A DNA stretch of 64,000 nt from Treponema sp. (GCA_017464425.1 JAFUDX010000012.1:139861-203860), one strand, 5' to 3'. Numbered from the stretch's first letter, positions 37,504 to 47,602 are shown. Notes: generated from the sequence alone by a model not told the origin. Translations and numbers: made by a program.

Positions 37504-39943
37504 GACAAGTCCTTCTGAGTACCGCTTTTATGCATTCATCAGCTACAGCCGCAAAAATGAAGTCTGGGCGAGTTGGCTTCAGAAAAAACTGGAGTTGTAC
37601 CGCCTTCCCTCTGTGCTTCAAAAGCAGTATCCTCAGATTCCAAAACCACTCAAAATCTTCCGCGACAAAACTGACATCAGCGTGGGCGGAACGGTGGAGC
37701 ATGCGCTTGCGAAAGAACTGCGGGTATCAAAAAAACTCATCGTTATCTGCTCGCCTGATTCGGCAAAATCCGACTATGTTGAGTATGAAATTGCAAGTTT
37801 TTTAAAGCTTGGGCACGATACAACGGATATTTTGCCGCTTGTCGTTGAGGGGGTACTATGTCCTGACGCAGAAAACCATTGCTACACGCCGTTGCTTACT
37901 AATTTAAATCTGAACGCAGCGGACGCGGTGCAGGAAGGCAAAAGCAATGCCTTTATCCGTTTGCTTGCAAGTCTCCTCGAAATAAATTATGACGATTTAA
38001 AGCAACGGGAGAAAAAGCGCAAGATTCGCCGAACTTTTTTTGCAGGAAGTGCCGCTTTTCTTTTTGCCTCGTTTTGTGCCGTTGCCCTGTGGTATTTTAG
38101 CCCACACACGCGCTATTATGCGGATTATGTGACCTATTGGGAAATTCCTGAAGGAATTAAAAATTCTGAACTCTCAAAAAACGAAGCTAAAAAACGCCCG
38201 TTCCACTATGAAATAACAACTCGGTGTGCGCGTCCCATTAAAATCGTGTATGCCAATTCATGTGGGCTTCCTCTTCCTCAGTGCGAAAGTGACCGGGAAA
38301 ATCGGGCGGGGACGACATTCTATTTTTATGAAAACCCGTATTTTCCCACAAAAAATAAACAGAAGTGGAATCTGTCTTCTGCACTTTGTACCTATTATGA
38401 CAATGATGTTGAGGCGGATATTCAAAAATCCTGTTCCATGCGAATCGAATACACGCGGGAAAGCGAAACGGTGCTTTCCGCAGATTTTTATTATGCCGCT
38501 GAGCACAATATCGAAAAAAGCCTTTTTAATGATGTGCTTTGTGAAACATGTCTTTCGTTTTCCGATGTCAGTGAAAGCGAAAATCCAGAATCAATCGACT
38601 TTAAAACACCTGAGCAGGAATTCTTTGAGAATGGGAGCGCGATGTATCGCTATAAGATCGAATGTGACGAAATGGGGCGGGCAAAGCGAGTCACCTTTTA
38701 CAACAAAAACAATCATCGCGTCTCGGATAAAAACGGCATATTCGGCTTTGAAAATGCGTATGATGAGCAAGACCGGCTTTCTGAGCAAACATATCTCTAT
38801 AGTGAATCGGAGCGGCTTTCCGTTTCTAAAAAGCGAATCGAATATGATTCATATTTGGTGAGTGGCGTATCTTTTTTTACGCAGACTGGCGAGCCTGTTC
38901 AAAATGTGGTTCGGGGCTATGCGTCTCTTAAAACAAAATGGAGCGAAGACGAAGACGGCCTGTTTTCCGTGCAAACTGAATTCTTTGATACGGCGGGAAC
39001 GGCGGTCAACGCACGGAAGCCGAATTGTGCTTCGATTCAATGTTTTTTTGATGAATCAGGATTTAAAACGCAGCAAGTGACTCAAAAAACAAAAAAACAG
39101 GCTGCAAATCTTCCCGCTTTTGTAAAACAATTCCACGAAAAGGAAAAAGAGCCAGTGCTAAAAACGGTTTTTACAAACAATGCAAATGGTCAGCCAGTCC
39201 AAATCCAAAAATTCACCGATGATGATTTAAAGAAAACGACACGCATTGTCTATGATAAAACAGGAATCATTAAGACGAAAGAACATTTTGATGCTCGTGA
39301 TGAACTAATGGCCACTGTGGACTATTCGTATCAAGAAAAAAGCCCTGCTACCTATCATCATATTTCAAAAAAACAAAAAAATATGACGGTGTTGTATGAC
39401 TATGATTCATGCGGACGCTTGCTCTCTCAATCCCAAATTTCTAGCGGAGAGATGCATACGGTCACAAAAATTGCATATTACGGCGGAAACAAGATTATCT
39501 GTCACTATAAAAACGGTGCCTACGCAAACAAAGACGGCTTTGCGGTCGCACAGTTCTCATACACAAACGACGGAATGTTGTATTTCGTGCAGTTTTTTGA
39601 TGAAACGGGCAATAAGGCGAGAAGTTCATTACTCCGTTTTTCGGAATATACCGCTTTGTACACGCCCAACAGCCTGCTTGTCTCTGAGTCTTTTAAAAAT
39701 CAAGACGGAATATTGACCGCTCCAAATGATTACGCGCTTTATGAGGCTCAGCAAAATCTTGAGGATACGATTCTTTTGCAGGGCGCGTATTTTATGGCAG
39801 ACAAAAGCCTTGCAAAACGAAAGAGAATCGTGCGCTTTGATTCTGAAAAAAATCAGAATGGGGAACTGAAAATCCGTTACTATGACGGCGCGGATACCAT
39901 TCTGAACGAAAAAATATATGCAAATGGCAGCATGGAGGATTAA
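37493..39943 (+). CDS. TIR-domain protein: N-terminal TIR, single TM helix, large extracytoplasmic beta-hairpin (YD-like) repeat region
   Basis: AGGAG RBS. TIR motifs are 'FYAFISYSRKN' and 'LIVICSPDSAKSDYVEYEI' (Glu retained). The TM helix is 'FFAGSAAFLFASFCAVALWYF'. Later come 'YDEQDRLSEQTY', 'YDKTGIIKTKEHF' and 'YDYDSCGRLLSQS'. The start overlaps the upstream stop by 11 nt. Confidence 0.8.
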   Translation: METKTSPSEYRFYAFISYSRKNEVWASWLQKKLELYRLPSVLQKQYPQIPKPLKIFRDKTDISVGGTVEHALAKELRVSKKLIVICSPDSAKSDYVEYEIASFLKLGHDTTDILPLVVEGVLCPDAENHCYTPLLTNLNLNAADAVQEGKSNAFIRLLASLLEINYDDLKQREKKRKIRRTFFAGSAAFLFASFCAVALWYFSPHTRYYADYVTYWEIPEGIKNSELSKNEAKKRPFHYEITTRCARPIKIVYANSCGLPLPQCESDRENRAGTTFYFYENPYFPTKNKQKWNLSSALCTYYDNDVEADIQKSCSMRIEYTRESETVLSADFYYAAEHNIEKSLFNDVLCETCLSFSDVSESENPESIDFKTPEQEFFENGSAMYRYKIECDEMGRAKRVTFYNKNNHRVSDKNGIFGFENAYDEQDRLSEQTYLYSESERLSVSKKRIEYDSYLVSGVSFFTQTGEPVQNVVRGYASLKTKWSEDEDGLFSVQTEFFDTAGTAVNARKPNCASIQCFFDESGFKTQQVTQKTKKQAANLPAFVKQFHEKEKEPVLKTVFTNNANGQPVQIQKFTDDDLKKTTRIVYDKTGIIKTKEHFDARDELMATVDYSYQEKSPATYHHISKKQKNMTVLYDYDSCGRLLSQSQISSGEMHTVTKIAYYGGNKIICHYKNGAYANKDGFAVAQFSYTNDGMLYFVQFFDETGNKARSSLLRFSEYTALYTPNSLLVSESFKNQDGILTAPNDYALYEAQQNLEDTILLQGAYFMADKSLAKRKRIVRFDSEKNQNGELKIRYYDGADTILNEKIYANGSMED

Positions 39944-39946
39944 TGT

Positions 39947-40597
39947 ATGAAAAAACTAATGTGTATGTGTGTGTTCATTTTGAGCCTGTCGCAGATTTTT
40001 TCAGAGGGACGGAGTTCTTTTGAAGAAAATCCAATCCGAAAAATAAAACTCGCAAAGGAACTTGCTGAATACGGCTATGAAACGGAATCGCCTGCCGCGC
40101 TTTTGGAAGCCGCCGAAATATTGGCAGAAGTGAATGTCCGAAAATCTGCGATAAAAGCTGTTCAAACGGGAACACCGTCAAAGGCAGCGGAAGAAAATCA
40201 GTTTTCTCTTGATGCAAAAACACTTTTTGCGGATGCGAAAGATTTTGCGGGCAATGACAAAACATACGCTGAATGGATAAAAAAGATTGAGCGCACTTTT
40301 TCTGGAAAGCGGGGAGCTGCGCGGGGGCCGTTGGCGGTGGAAGGCTTTGCCTACGGAAATGACGGAAGCGCATCATATACGATTTCATTTACAAACGGCG
40401 AGTCGGCTCAGATTTATGTTGCGGCTATGACAGGCTCAAATCTTGATGTCGATATTTATGATTCTGACGGAAAAAGTGTTGTGACTGGAAAAGGAAATGA
40501 CACGATACAGTTCGTTCCTGAAAACGCAAAGAGCTACACGATACAGGTAAAAAACCGCACGAGTTCTACGGTATCGTACACCCTGTACACCGATTAA
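39947..40597 (+). CDS. Secreted protein with C-terminal PPC (pre-peptidase C-terminal)-like domain
   Basis: Signal peptide 'MCMCVFILSLSQIFSEG'. 'YTISFTNGESAQIYVAAMTGSNLDVDIYDSDGKSV...SYTIQVKNRTSSTVSYTLY' fits the PPC pattern. Confidence 0.55.
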   Translation: MKKLMCMCVFILSLSQIFSEGRSSFEENPIRKIKLAKELAEYGYETESPAALLEAAEILAEVNVRKSAIKAVQTGTPSKAAEENQFSLDAKTLFADAKDFAGNDKTYAEWIKKIERTFSGKRGAARGPLAVEGFAYGNDGSASYTISFTNGESAQIYVAAMTGSNLDVDIYDSDGKSVVTGKGNDTIQFVPENAKSYTIQVKNRTSSTVSYTLYTD

Positions 40598-40609
40598 TGC
40601 GGAGACTTC

Positions 40610-43600
40610 ATGCGAAAAAGAGCCCTGCTTTTCTGCTTTTTCTTTGTATTTTGTTTATTCTCTCATTTTCAAACTGCACTGGCTGATTCTGCTGTTTCTT
40701 CTAATGCTGAATCAATTGAAAGCCTTGAACAAGAACTTGCAGAAATTCCAGAAACGGACTATGGGCGACGGCTAAGCATTTTGGGAAAACTGCTGACGCT
40801 GTACGGAACGAATGAAGCGAACGCATATCAGGCAGGCCCTTTCCTTGAAGAGGCAATATCCATTATGGAGCGATTTTTTGAGCCGACGAGCGATGTCATG
40901 GTTTCCATGTATCGGGGTGGAATTGAGATATTCGCAATGCTTCAAGACAGTAAAAAAACGCTCGTTTACTTTGAAAAATATGTGCACGCAACGGGAAGTG
41001 ATGAAATTGAATTCGGAAAAACTGAGGCTGCCATAAGTTTTTATTCGGTTGTCGGAATGGGGTATTATGAAAATGGAAAATACGATGATGCAATCCGCTA
41101 TTTCCAAAAATCAGCTTCAATTTGCGAGACAACGGGCGCAAAAGCAGACTGTGCAAAAAACTACAATAGTATTTCCGGGTGCTACAACTCAAAAACGGAC
41201 TATGAAAACGCGCTTTTGTATGGGCAGAAATCGTTGGCACTGTATCAAGAGCTATATGGAAAAAACACTCCGCAAACGCTTGAACCGTTGGTAAACATCG
41301 GAAATATCTATCTTGCAAAGGCTGATTTCAAAACGGCTTTGCAGTTGTATGAGCAGGCTCTTGATTTGCAGAAAAAAGGCGCAATCGAAGAAAATGCGAT
41401 TACCGCTTCTCTTTACAATAATATCGGGCTTGCATATGAAGATATGACGGACTATAAAAACGCGCTCCACTATCTTGAGAAATCACTCGAACTTAGAAAA
41501 AAACTCTTTGGCGAGGAGCATACAGAAGTTGCCGCATCATATTCGAATATCGGAATGGTCTACTATCAAAACGGAGATTTTGACCGTGCGCTATCGTATT
41601 TTTTTAAAGCACTTTCTCTGCGGGAAAAACTGTTTGCCGTACATCCTGAAACCGCCGCTTCCTATCAGAATGTTGCGCTTGTGTACAGCGAAAAAAATGA
41701 CTATGAAACGGCACTCACTTACTACGAAAAGGCACGGAATATGCTTGTCTCATTGGTCGGGGAAACGCATGAGAATGTCGCAATGGTCTACTCAAATATC
41801 TCTCGGTTATATCAAGAAAAAGATGATTATCAAAATGCTGTTTTCTATGGCGACAAAGCTCTTTCAATCAGAAAAACGATGTTTGGGGAAACGCATCCGC
41901 AGGTCGCCACATCATACATGAACAAAGGGCTTTTGTACCGAACATTTGGCGATTATGACAACGCGGTTTTTTATATAGAAAAAGCTCTGGCAGTGTATAC
42001 AGCGGTATATGGGGAGTGGAATCCGAATATCGCGACTGCATACAATAATCTTGGAGTCATTTTTGAGGACAAGGGGCAACTTGATACTGCATTGAACTAT
42101 TTCCAAAAAGCTCTTTCAATGCGAATTGATTTGTTTGGCGAGAATAACATAGTTGTTTCAATGTCATATCTTGGTATCGGGAATGTCTACGGCGCAAAAG
42201 GTGATTGTGATAACGCACTTTCATATTATGAGCGCGCACGAATCATTTGTGAACAGACTGTTGGAACAAAACATTCGCATACGGCTCTCGTCTACAACAA
42301 TATAGCGATGGTCTATCAGCAAAAAGAGAGCTATGGTGAGGCAATCCGTTCGTATAAAAAAGCACTCGATGTGTATCTTTCGATTTATGGTGAATCCCAC
42401 ACGATGACGGCTATGGCGTATTCTAATTTGGGTACGACCTACCGTGATAAAAAGGACTATGATATTGCCTTGCGGTATCTGAATAAGGCGAAAAGCATAC
42501 GGGAGCAGTTGCTTGGGGAAAATCACCCCGATACGGCAAGCGTGTATGTAGACATCGCTCTTGTCTGTGCGTCTAAAAACGACTACGAAAATGCGTTTTT
42601 GTATAATGAAAAGGCACTTGCCGTTTACGAAAAAACATTCGGCTCTGAGCATCCGCATACCGCGCTCATTTATTTTAATATGGGACTCTACTATCATATT
42701 AAAAAAAATACCGAACGCGCGTCTGAATATTGGGCAAAATCCGTGCATGCTTCAAAAAACATATCGAATTATGTCGATACCATTGAGCGAATGAAAAAAA
42801 TCATCAGATTTTCAACAGACGATGGACTTGTTAAGAGCGCGTTGGAAACGGGAATTGAGGCAACCGAGCGGGCTCGACTTGATTTGACTTCGATAAAGAC
42901 AGACCTTTTGCAGCAAAGTTTGCCATTGTATTATCAGGGCGTTGCGTTTGAGGCGGCACACAACAATGTTGAAAAGGCATTTGAATATTCAGAATCACTC
43001 AGAAACAGGGGATTTTTGGATCAGCTTGGTTTTGAAACGGCTCTCAAACTTGACGGTATTACAGAAAAAGAGCGAACTGATGTCCGTACCTTTTCACAGG
43101 AAATTGCGCAGGCACGAAAAGAAATTGCAACGCAAAACGAGCTTGGCGAAAAGAGAAGCAATGAAAAACTGGTGAGGGCGGGCGAACGGCTTGCAAAAGC
43201 GGAGCATGAACTGGAAATTCTGGACTCACGCCTTTCTGAACGGATTCCCGCCTATGCCCAGCTTCGGTCTCCTAAAACGGCAACGGCAAAAGATACGCAA
43301 GCATGGTGTGGCATACAGCGTGTTATCCTCGAATACATTGTGTGGCAGAATATGTCATATTGTTTTGTCATACAGTCAAATGGAATTCACATTGTTCCCA
43401 TTGATTCAGAGTATGATTATGCATTGGCTGCTACGGAACTCAGAAACGCCGTGTTCAAAAAACGACAGAGCCTTTTTTCGGGAAAGAAGGCGAGCATACA
43501 AAAATACCGTTCTGAATTGTACGCAAAACTCATTGCGCCTGTCCGTCCGTATTTTACCGATGGCACAAAACGTATTCTGATTGTTCCTGACGGTGCGCTT

Positions 43601-44416
43601 TCTTCAATTCCTTTTGATATTCTGGGAAATGAGCACGAAGGCGTGCTTTGTGAAAAATATGCGCTCAGTTTTTCACCATCTGTTTCGGTCAGTATGCTTC
43701 GTGAGAAAAAAACGGCTTCTTCTTTTAAAATGCTTGGAATCGGAAACGCAGTCTATGAGTCAGCAGAGCCTGCCACGCAAGGAAAAACGAGCGCAGTCAG
43801 TGACTACTACAAAAAAACGGTCAGAAGTTGGGAGAATATTCCTGGTACGGCTCTTGAACTTAAAAACATCAAGAACATGATTCGTAAAAACGAGCATATT
43901 TCCGTTTACGAAGGAAAAAATTCTACGGAAGCACTGGTAAAAAAACTGTCACATTCTGGAGATTTGGCAAACTACTCTCAGATTTTGTTTGCCTGTCATG
44001 GATATTTTAATTCTGACGAGCCGGAATTCTCTTCACTTGTGTTTTCAGAAGTGTCGGGAACGGTCAGTGCTTCTGATGATGACGGGTATCTTACGGTTTC
44101 TGAACTTGCCGTCCTCAATATGAATGCCGATTTTCTCAATCTTTCTGCCTGCCAGACGGGGCTTTCCGAGCAGCGGCAGGGCGATGGTATGGTGGGGCTC
44201 ACCCGTTCCTGTATTGTAGCGGGCGCAAATAATGTGGGGGTTACGCTTTGGGAGGTTGATGATAATGCGACCTGTGAATTCCAGCGAATTTTTTATACTC
44301 ACATAAAAAACGGCTATTCGTATGAATCGGCATACCAATCAGCAAAACAAGAAATGAAAAACAGCGAGCAATGGTCTGACCCGGTGTATTGGGCTGCATT
44401 TGTTCTCTATGAATAA
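40610..44416 (+). CDS. Exported TPR-repeat / CHAT-domain (caspase-like) protease, paralogue 1
   Basis: Signal-peptide-like 'MRKRALLFCFFFVFCLFSHFQTALA'. About 15 TPR_12-type units ('SYxNIGxVYxxxGDYDxALxYxEKAL'). The CHAT His/Cys contexts are 'ILFACHGYF' and 'LNLSACQTG'. Confidence 0.85.
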   Translation: MRKRALLFCFFFVFCLFSHFQTALADSAVSSNAESIESLEQELAEIPETDYGRRLSILGKLLTLYGTNEANAYQAGPFLEEAISIMERFFEPTSDVMVSMYRGGIEIFAMLQDSKKTLVYFEKYVHATGSDEIEFGKTEAAISFYSVVGMGYYENGKYDDAIRYFQKSASICETTGAKADCAKNYNSISGCYNSKTDYENALLYGQKSLALYQELYGKNTPQTLEPLVNIGNIYLAKADFKTALQLYEQALDLQKKGAIEENAITASLYNNIGLAYEDMTDYKNALHYLEKSLELRKKLFGEEHTEVAASYSNIGMVYYQNGDFDRALSYFFKALSLREKLFAVHPETAASYQNVALVYSEKNDYETALTYYEKARNMLVSLVGETHENVAMVYSNISRLYQEKDDYQNAVFYGDKALSIRKTMFGETHPQVATSYMNKGLLYRTFGDYDNAVFYIEKALAVYTAVYGEWNPNIATAYNNLGVIFEDKGQLDTALNYFQKALSMRIDLFGENNIVVSMSYLGIGNVYGAKGDCDNALSYYERARIICEQTVGTKHSHTALVYNNIAMVYQQKESYGEAIRSYKKALDVYLSIYGESHTMTAMAYSNLGTTYRDKKDYDIALRYLNKAKSIREQLLGENHPDTASVYVDIALVCASKNDYENAFLYNEKALAVYEKTFGSEHPHTALIYFNMGLYYHIKKNTERASEYWAKSVHASKNISNYVDTIERMKKIIRFSTDDGLVKSALETGIEATERARLDLTSIKTDLLQQSLPLYYQGVAFEAAHNNVEKAFEYSESLRNRGFLDQLGFETALKLDGITEKERTDVRTFSQEIAQARKEIATQNELGEKRSNEKLVRAGERLAKAEHELEILDSRLSERIPAYAQLRSPKTATAKDTQAWCGIQRVILEYIVWQNMSYCFVIQSNGIHIVPIDSEYDYALAATELRNAVFKKRQSLFSGKKASIQKYRSELYAKLIAPVRPYFTDGTKRILIVPDGALSSIPFDILGNEHEGVLCEKYALSFSPSVSVSMLREKKTASSFKMLGIGNAVYESAEPATQGKTSAVSDYYKKTVRSWENIPGTALELKNIKNMIRKNEHISVYEGKNSTEALVKKLSHSGDLANYSQILFACHGYFNSDEPEFSSLVFSEVSGTVSASDDDGYLTVSELAVLNMNADFLNLSACQTGLSEQRQGDGMVGLTRSCIVAGANNVGVTLWEVDDNATCEFQRIFYTHIKNGYSYESAYQSAKQEMKNSEQWSDPVYWAAFVLYE

Positions 44417-44443
44417 CAAAATAACGAATGATGGAGGTGTGAT

Positions 44444-47400
44444 ATGCGTAAGTTCTTATGGTTTCTGTATTTCTGTTGTATTGTTTTCCCTGTGGCAACA
44501 ACTCAAGAATCCCGCGTCGAAATTCCATCGGAAGTGCTGCAGCGATTGGTGTACGCAAAGGACAATGGGACGGAGTGCAGTCAGGAATTCCTTGAGAATC
44601 TGGAAAAAGACCTTTTAAACTATAAGGAATCTCAAGTGTATGATACGGCGCGTCAGTTCTTGGCCATTGCCTATTACAGAAAGGGAACGGCATATCATCA
44701 AAACAAGGACTACGACCACGCACTTATTTATGAAAAAAAAGCTTTGGATATTTTTTATGAGCTCTTTGGAGACCAGTATGCCGATACAATAACACTGTAT
44801 AATAATGTCGGAATGATTTACTTCGACAAAAAAGACTATACTTCTGCCCTTACATATCTGAAATACTCACTTCAGGTGCGCAATCAATATATCGAAAAAA
44901 AAGACAGCACGACGATTTCTCTCTATACAACGATTGGCGATGCGTACAAAGAAAAGGGCGAGTATAAAAACGCGCTTCCGTATTATAAAGAGGCTCTTGA
45001 ACTCAAAAAGTCCCTGCTCGGAGAAATGAATGCTTCGACCGCAAATGGCTATAGATATGTGGGAAATATGTATGATTGGACTGCGCAGTATGACCTTGCA
45101 TTGGAATATTATGAAAAAGCTTTGGAAATTCGTAAGAAGGTATCGGGGGAACAGCATGCGCAGACTGAATATCTCTATGATGTAATTGGACTGGTGTATT
45201 TTCACAAGGGAATGTACGATTCTGCGGTGACATGGTTTCAGTGTGCGGCGGATACTATTGAATCTAAGGAAAAAATAACGAATTCGGCTCCATATAATAA
45301 TCTGGGGCTTGTGTATTATGCAAAAGGTGACTATGACGCGGCAATCGCTTGGTATGGAAAATCCTTAAAAATCTTATTGGAGACAGCGGGAGAAAAAGAA
45401 ATTGTAGCGACGTTGTATGACAATATCGGTGCTGCCTACCGCGCGAAGGGCGACATTGATTCAGCGTTGGAATACTGTGTTAAAGCGAATGAATTATATG
45501 TGGCTACACTCGGTGAAAACAATACAGACACTGCGATTTCATGCAACAATACGGGAACGCTATACGACAGATTAAAAGATTATGAGAACGCCACAAAGTA
45601 TTATCAGCGTGCACTGAATATCTTTTATGCGTTGAAGCAATATGAGCATCCGCAGCTTGCCGTTACATTCATGAATGTGGGAAGTGCCTATTCCAAACTG
45701 GGAGAATATGATTTGGCATTTGATTTTCTTAGCCGTGCGCTAAAAATCGAAGAAGCAAAACTCGGTCAAAATCATCCGTATACCATAAGCACATACAATG
45801 ATTTCGGCGATCTCTATTACAAAAAAGGCGACTATGAAACGGCAAAAACCTATTATGAGAAAGTGATTTCATGCTCACGAAACGGCCTTTCATACAAGCA
45901 AAATATCCAAGCGGTAAAAGATATGCTGTTTCAGTGCCAAAAAATCAGTGATCCCGCGTTTATTCGTTCTGCCCTTGCGCTTGGAATCGACACTGCGGAG
46001 CGGGCTCGCCTTGACATGACGGGAATCAAAGATGACATCATGGCCCTTTCTCAACCTATTTACTATTACGGTGTGCATTTTGAGGCAGAGCAGGGAAACA
46101 GAGCGCAGGCGTTCGCCTATTCAGAATCGCTTCGGAACAGAGGTTTTCTTGACCAAATCGGCACGGAAACGGCATTGCGGCTTGACGGCGTTACAGACTC
46201 AGAGCGCGAAAAAATTCATACGCTTTCTGCCCGCATTATTTCCGCGCAAAAAGAAATTGAAGCGCAAAATCAAAAAGCAATTTCCAGTCGGGATACGGAG
46301 CGGCTTATACAGGCGGGAAATGCGCTTGTCGCGGCAGAAAAGGAACTTGCGCAATTAGATGAAAGTATCGGAAAGCGCGTGCCTGCCTATGCTCAGCTCA
46401 GAAACCCTCAGCCTGTCAGCATTGATGCCGCGCAAGCCTGGTGCACGGGTGGAAAAACGGTACTTGAATATGTCTTGTATGAGGATGCAAACGAAAAAAA
46501 TGCTGTGGCAAAATCATACTGCATTGTGTTGTCCCAAAAAGACATTCAGATTGTCATGCTTGATTCTGACTATGATTACGCAACTGCCGTCTTGAATCTA
46601 CGGACTGCGGTCGTTGAAAAACAGCAGAGCCTTTCTTCAGGAAGCAGAACTTCGCTCCAAAAATATCGTTCGGCGTTGTTTGACCGGCTGATACAGCCTG
46701 TCCTGCACTATATTCCTGCGGATACCACGCAGCTCGTCATCGTCCCAGACGGAGAGCTTTCGGCCCTTCCATTCGATATATTGGGGAACAGTGAATTTGG
46801 TGTTCTCGGCGAAAAATACTCGCTCACATTTTCCCCCTCACTTTCAATCAGCATTTTAAAAGAAAACATCGACAAAAAGCTGTTCCGTATTCTTGGTTTG
46901 GGAAATGCCATGTATACCGCATTGGACGGCCCCTCTTCCCCATCAACGAAAAAATCTGTGAGTTCGGTGGCGGATTATTATAAAAAGAATCTTATTTCGT
47001 GGGAAAATCTTTCTGGGACTAAGCAGGAGTTGTATAATCTAAAAAATAAGATTTTTAAGGGGGAAAAAATTGCCATCTTTGAGCAAGAAAAGGCAAGTGA
47101 ACGGACGATGAAAGAACTTTCCCAATCTGGGGAACTGGCATTGTACAGTCAGATACTCATCGCCTGTCACGGCTATTTTAATGCCGCAAAACCTGAACTT
47201 TCGGCATTGGTTTTTTCTGAAGTCTCGCATGACGGCGAAAAATCGGGTGAAGACGGCTACCTTACTATTGATGAAATCTCGCTCTTAAAAATGAATGCTG
47301 AATTCTTGAATCTCTCGGCCTGCCAGACGGGGCTTTCGGCTCTCAAAAAGGGTGACGGTATGCTCGGACTTACCCGTTCCTGCATTGTCGCAGGTGCACA

Positions 47401-47587
47401 TACGGTGGGCGTTACGCTTTGGGAAGTGCATGATATGGCAACCTGTGTGTTTCAGGAATATCTGTACGGCTTCATAAAAAACGGCGTGCCATACGCAACG
47501 GCATATCAGAATGCAAAACAAAAAATGAAAGAATCCGAAGAGTGGTCTAATCCTGTGTATTGGGCGGCTTTTGTTCTGTATGAGTAG
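44444..47587 (+). CDS. Exported TPR-repeat / CHAT-domain (caspase-like) protease, paralogue 2
   Basis: Signal-peptide-like 'MRKFLWFLYFCCIVFPVA', then a TPR array. The CHAT contexts are 'ILIACHGYF' and 'LNLSACQTG'. The C-terminal half is closely similar to paralogue 1. Confidence 0.85.
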   Translation: MRKFLWFLYFCCIVFPVATTQESRVEIPSEVLQRLVYAKDNGTECSQEFLENLEKDLLNYKESQVYDTARQFLAIAYYRKGTAYHQNKDYDHALIYEKKALDIFYELFGDQYADTITLYNNVGMIYFDKKDYTSALTYLKYSLQVRNQYIEKKDSTTISLYTTIGDAYKEKGEYKNALPYYKEALELKKSLLGEMNASTANGYRYVGNMYDWTAQYDLALEYYEKALEIRKKVSGEQHAQTEYLYDVIGLVYFHKGMYDSAVTWFQCAADTIESKEKITNSAPYNNLGLVYYAKGDYDAAIAWYGKSLKILLETAGEKEIVATLYDNIGAAYRAKGDIDSALEYCVKANELYVATLGENNTDTAISCNNTGTLYDRLKDYENATKYYQRALNIFYALKQYEHPQLAVTFMNVGSAYSKLGEYDLAFDFLSRALKIEEAKLGQNHPYTISTYNDFGDLYYKKGDYETAKTYYEKVISCSRNGLSYKQNIQAVKDMLFQCQKISDPAFIRSALALGIDTAERARLDMTGIKDDIMALSQPIYYYGVHFEAEQGNRAQAFAYSESLRNRGFLDQIGTETALRLDGVTDSEREKIHTLSARIISAQKEIEAQNQKAISSRDTERLIQAGNALVAAEKELAQLDESIGKRVPAYAQLRNPQPVSIDAAQAWCTGGKTVLEYVLYEDANEKNAVAKSYCIVLSQKDIQIVMLDSDYDYATAVLNLRTAVVEKQQSLSSGSRTSLQKYRSALFDRLIQPVLHYIPADTTQLVIVPDGELSALPFDILGNSEFGVLGEKYSLTFSPSLSISILKENIDKKLFRILGLGNAMYTALDGPSSPSTKKSVSSVADYYKKNLISWENLSGTKQELYNLKNKIFKGEKIAIFEQEKASERTMKELSQSGELALYSQILIACHGYFNAAKPELSALVFSEVSHDGEKSGEDGYLTIDEISLLKMNAEFLNLSACQTGLSALKKGDGMLGLTRSCIVAGAHTVGVTLWEVHDMATCVFQEYLYGFIKNGVPYATAYQNAKQKMKESEEWSNPVYWAAFVLYE

Positions 47588-47602
47588 AATAGGGGGTGCG
47601 AT

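Noticed and set aside
40610-47587. The TPR-CHAT genes could be part of a type III-E CRISPR (Csx29-like) system.
   Set aside because: The window contains no cas7-11, no other cas genes and no CRISPR array. Both proteins carry export-type N-termini.
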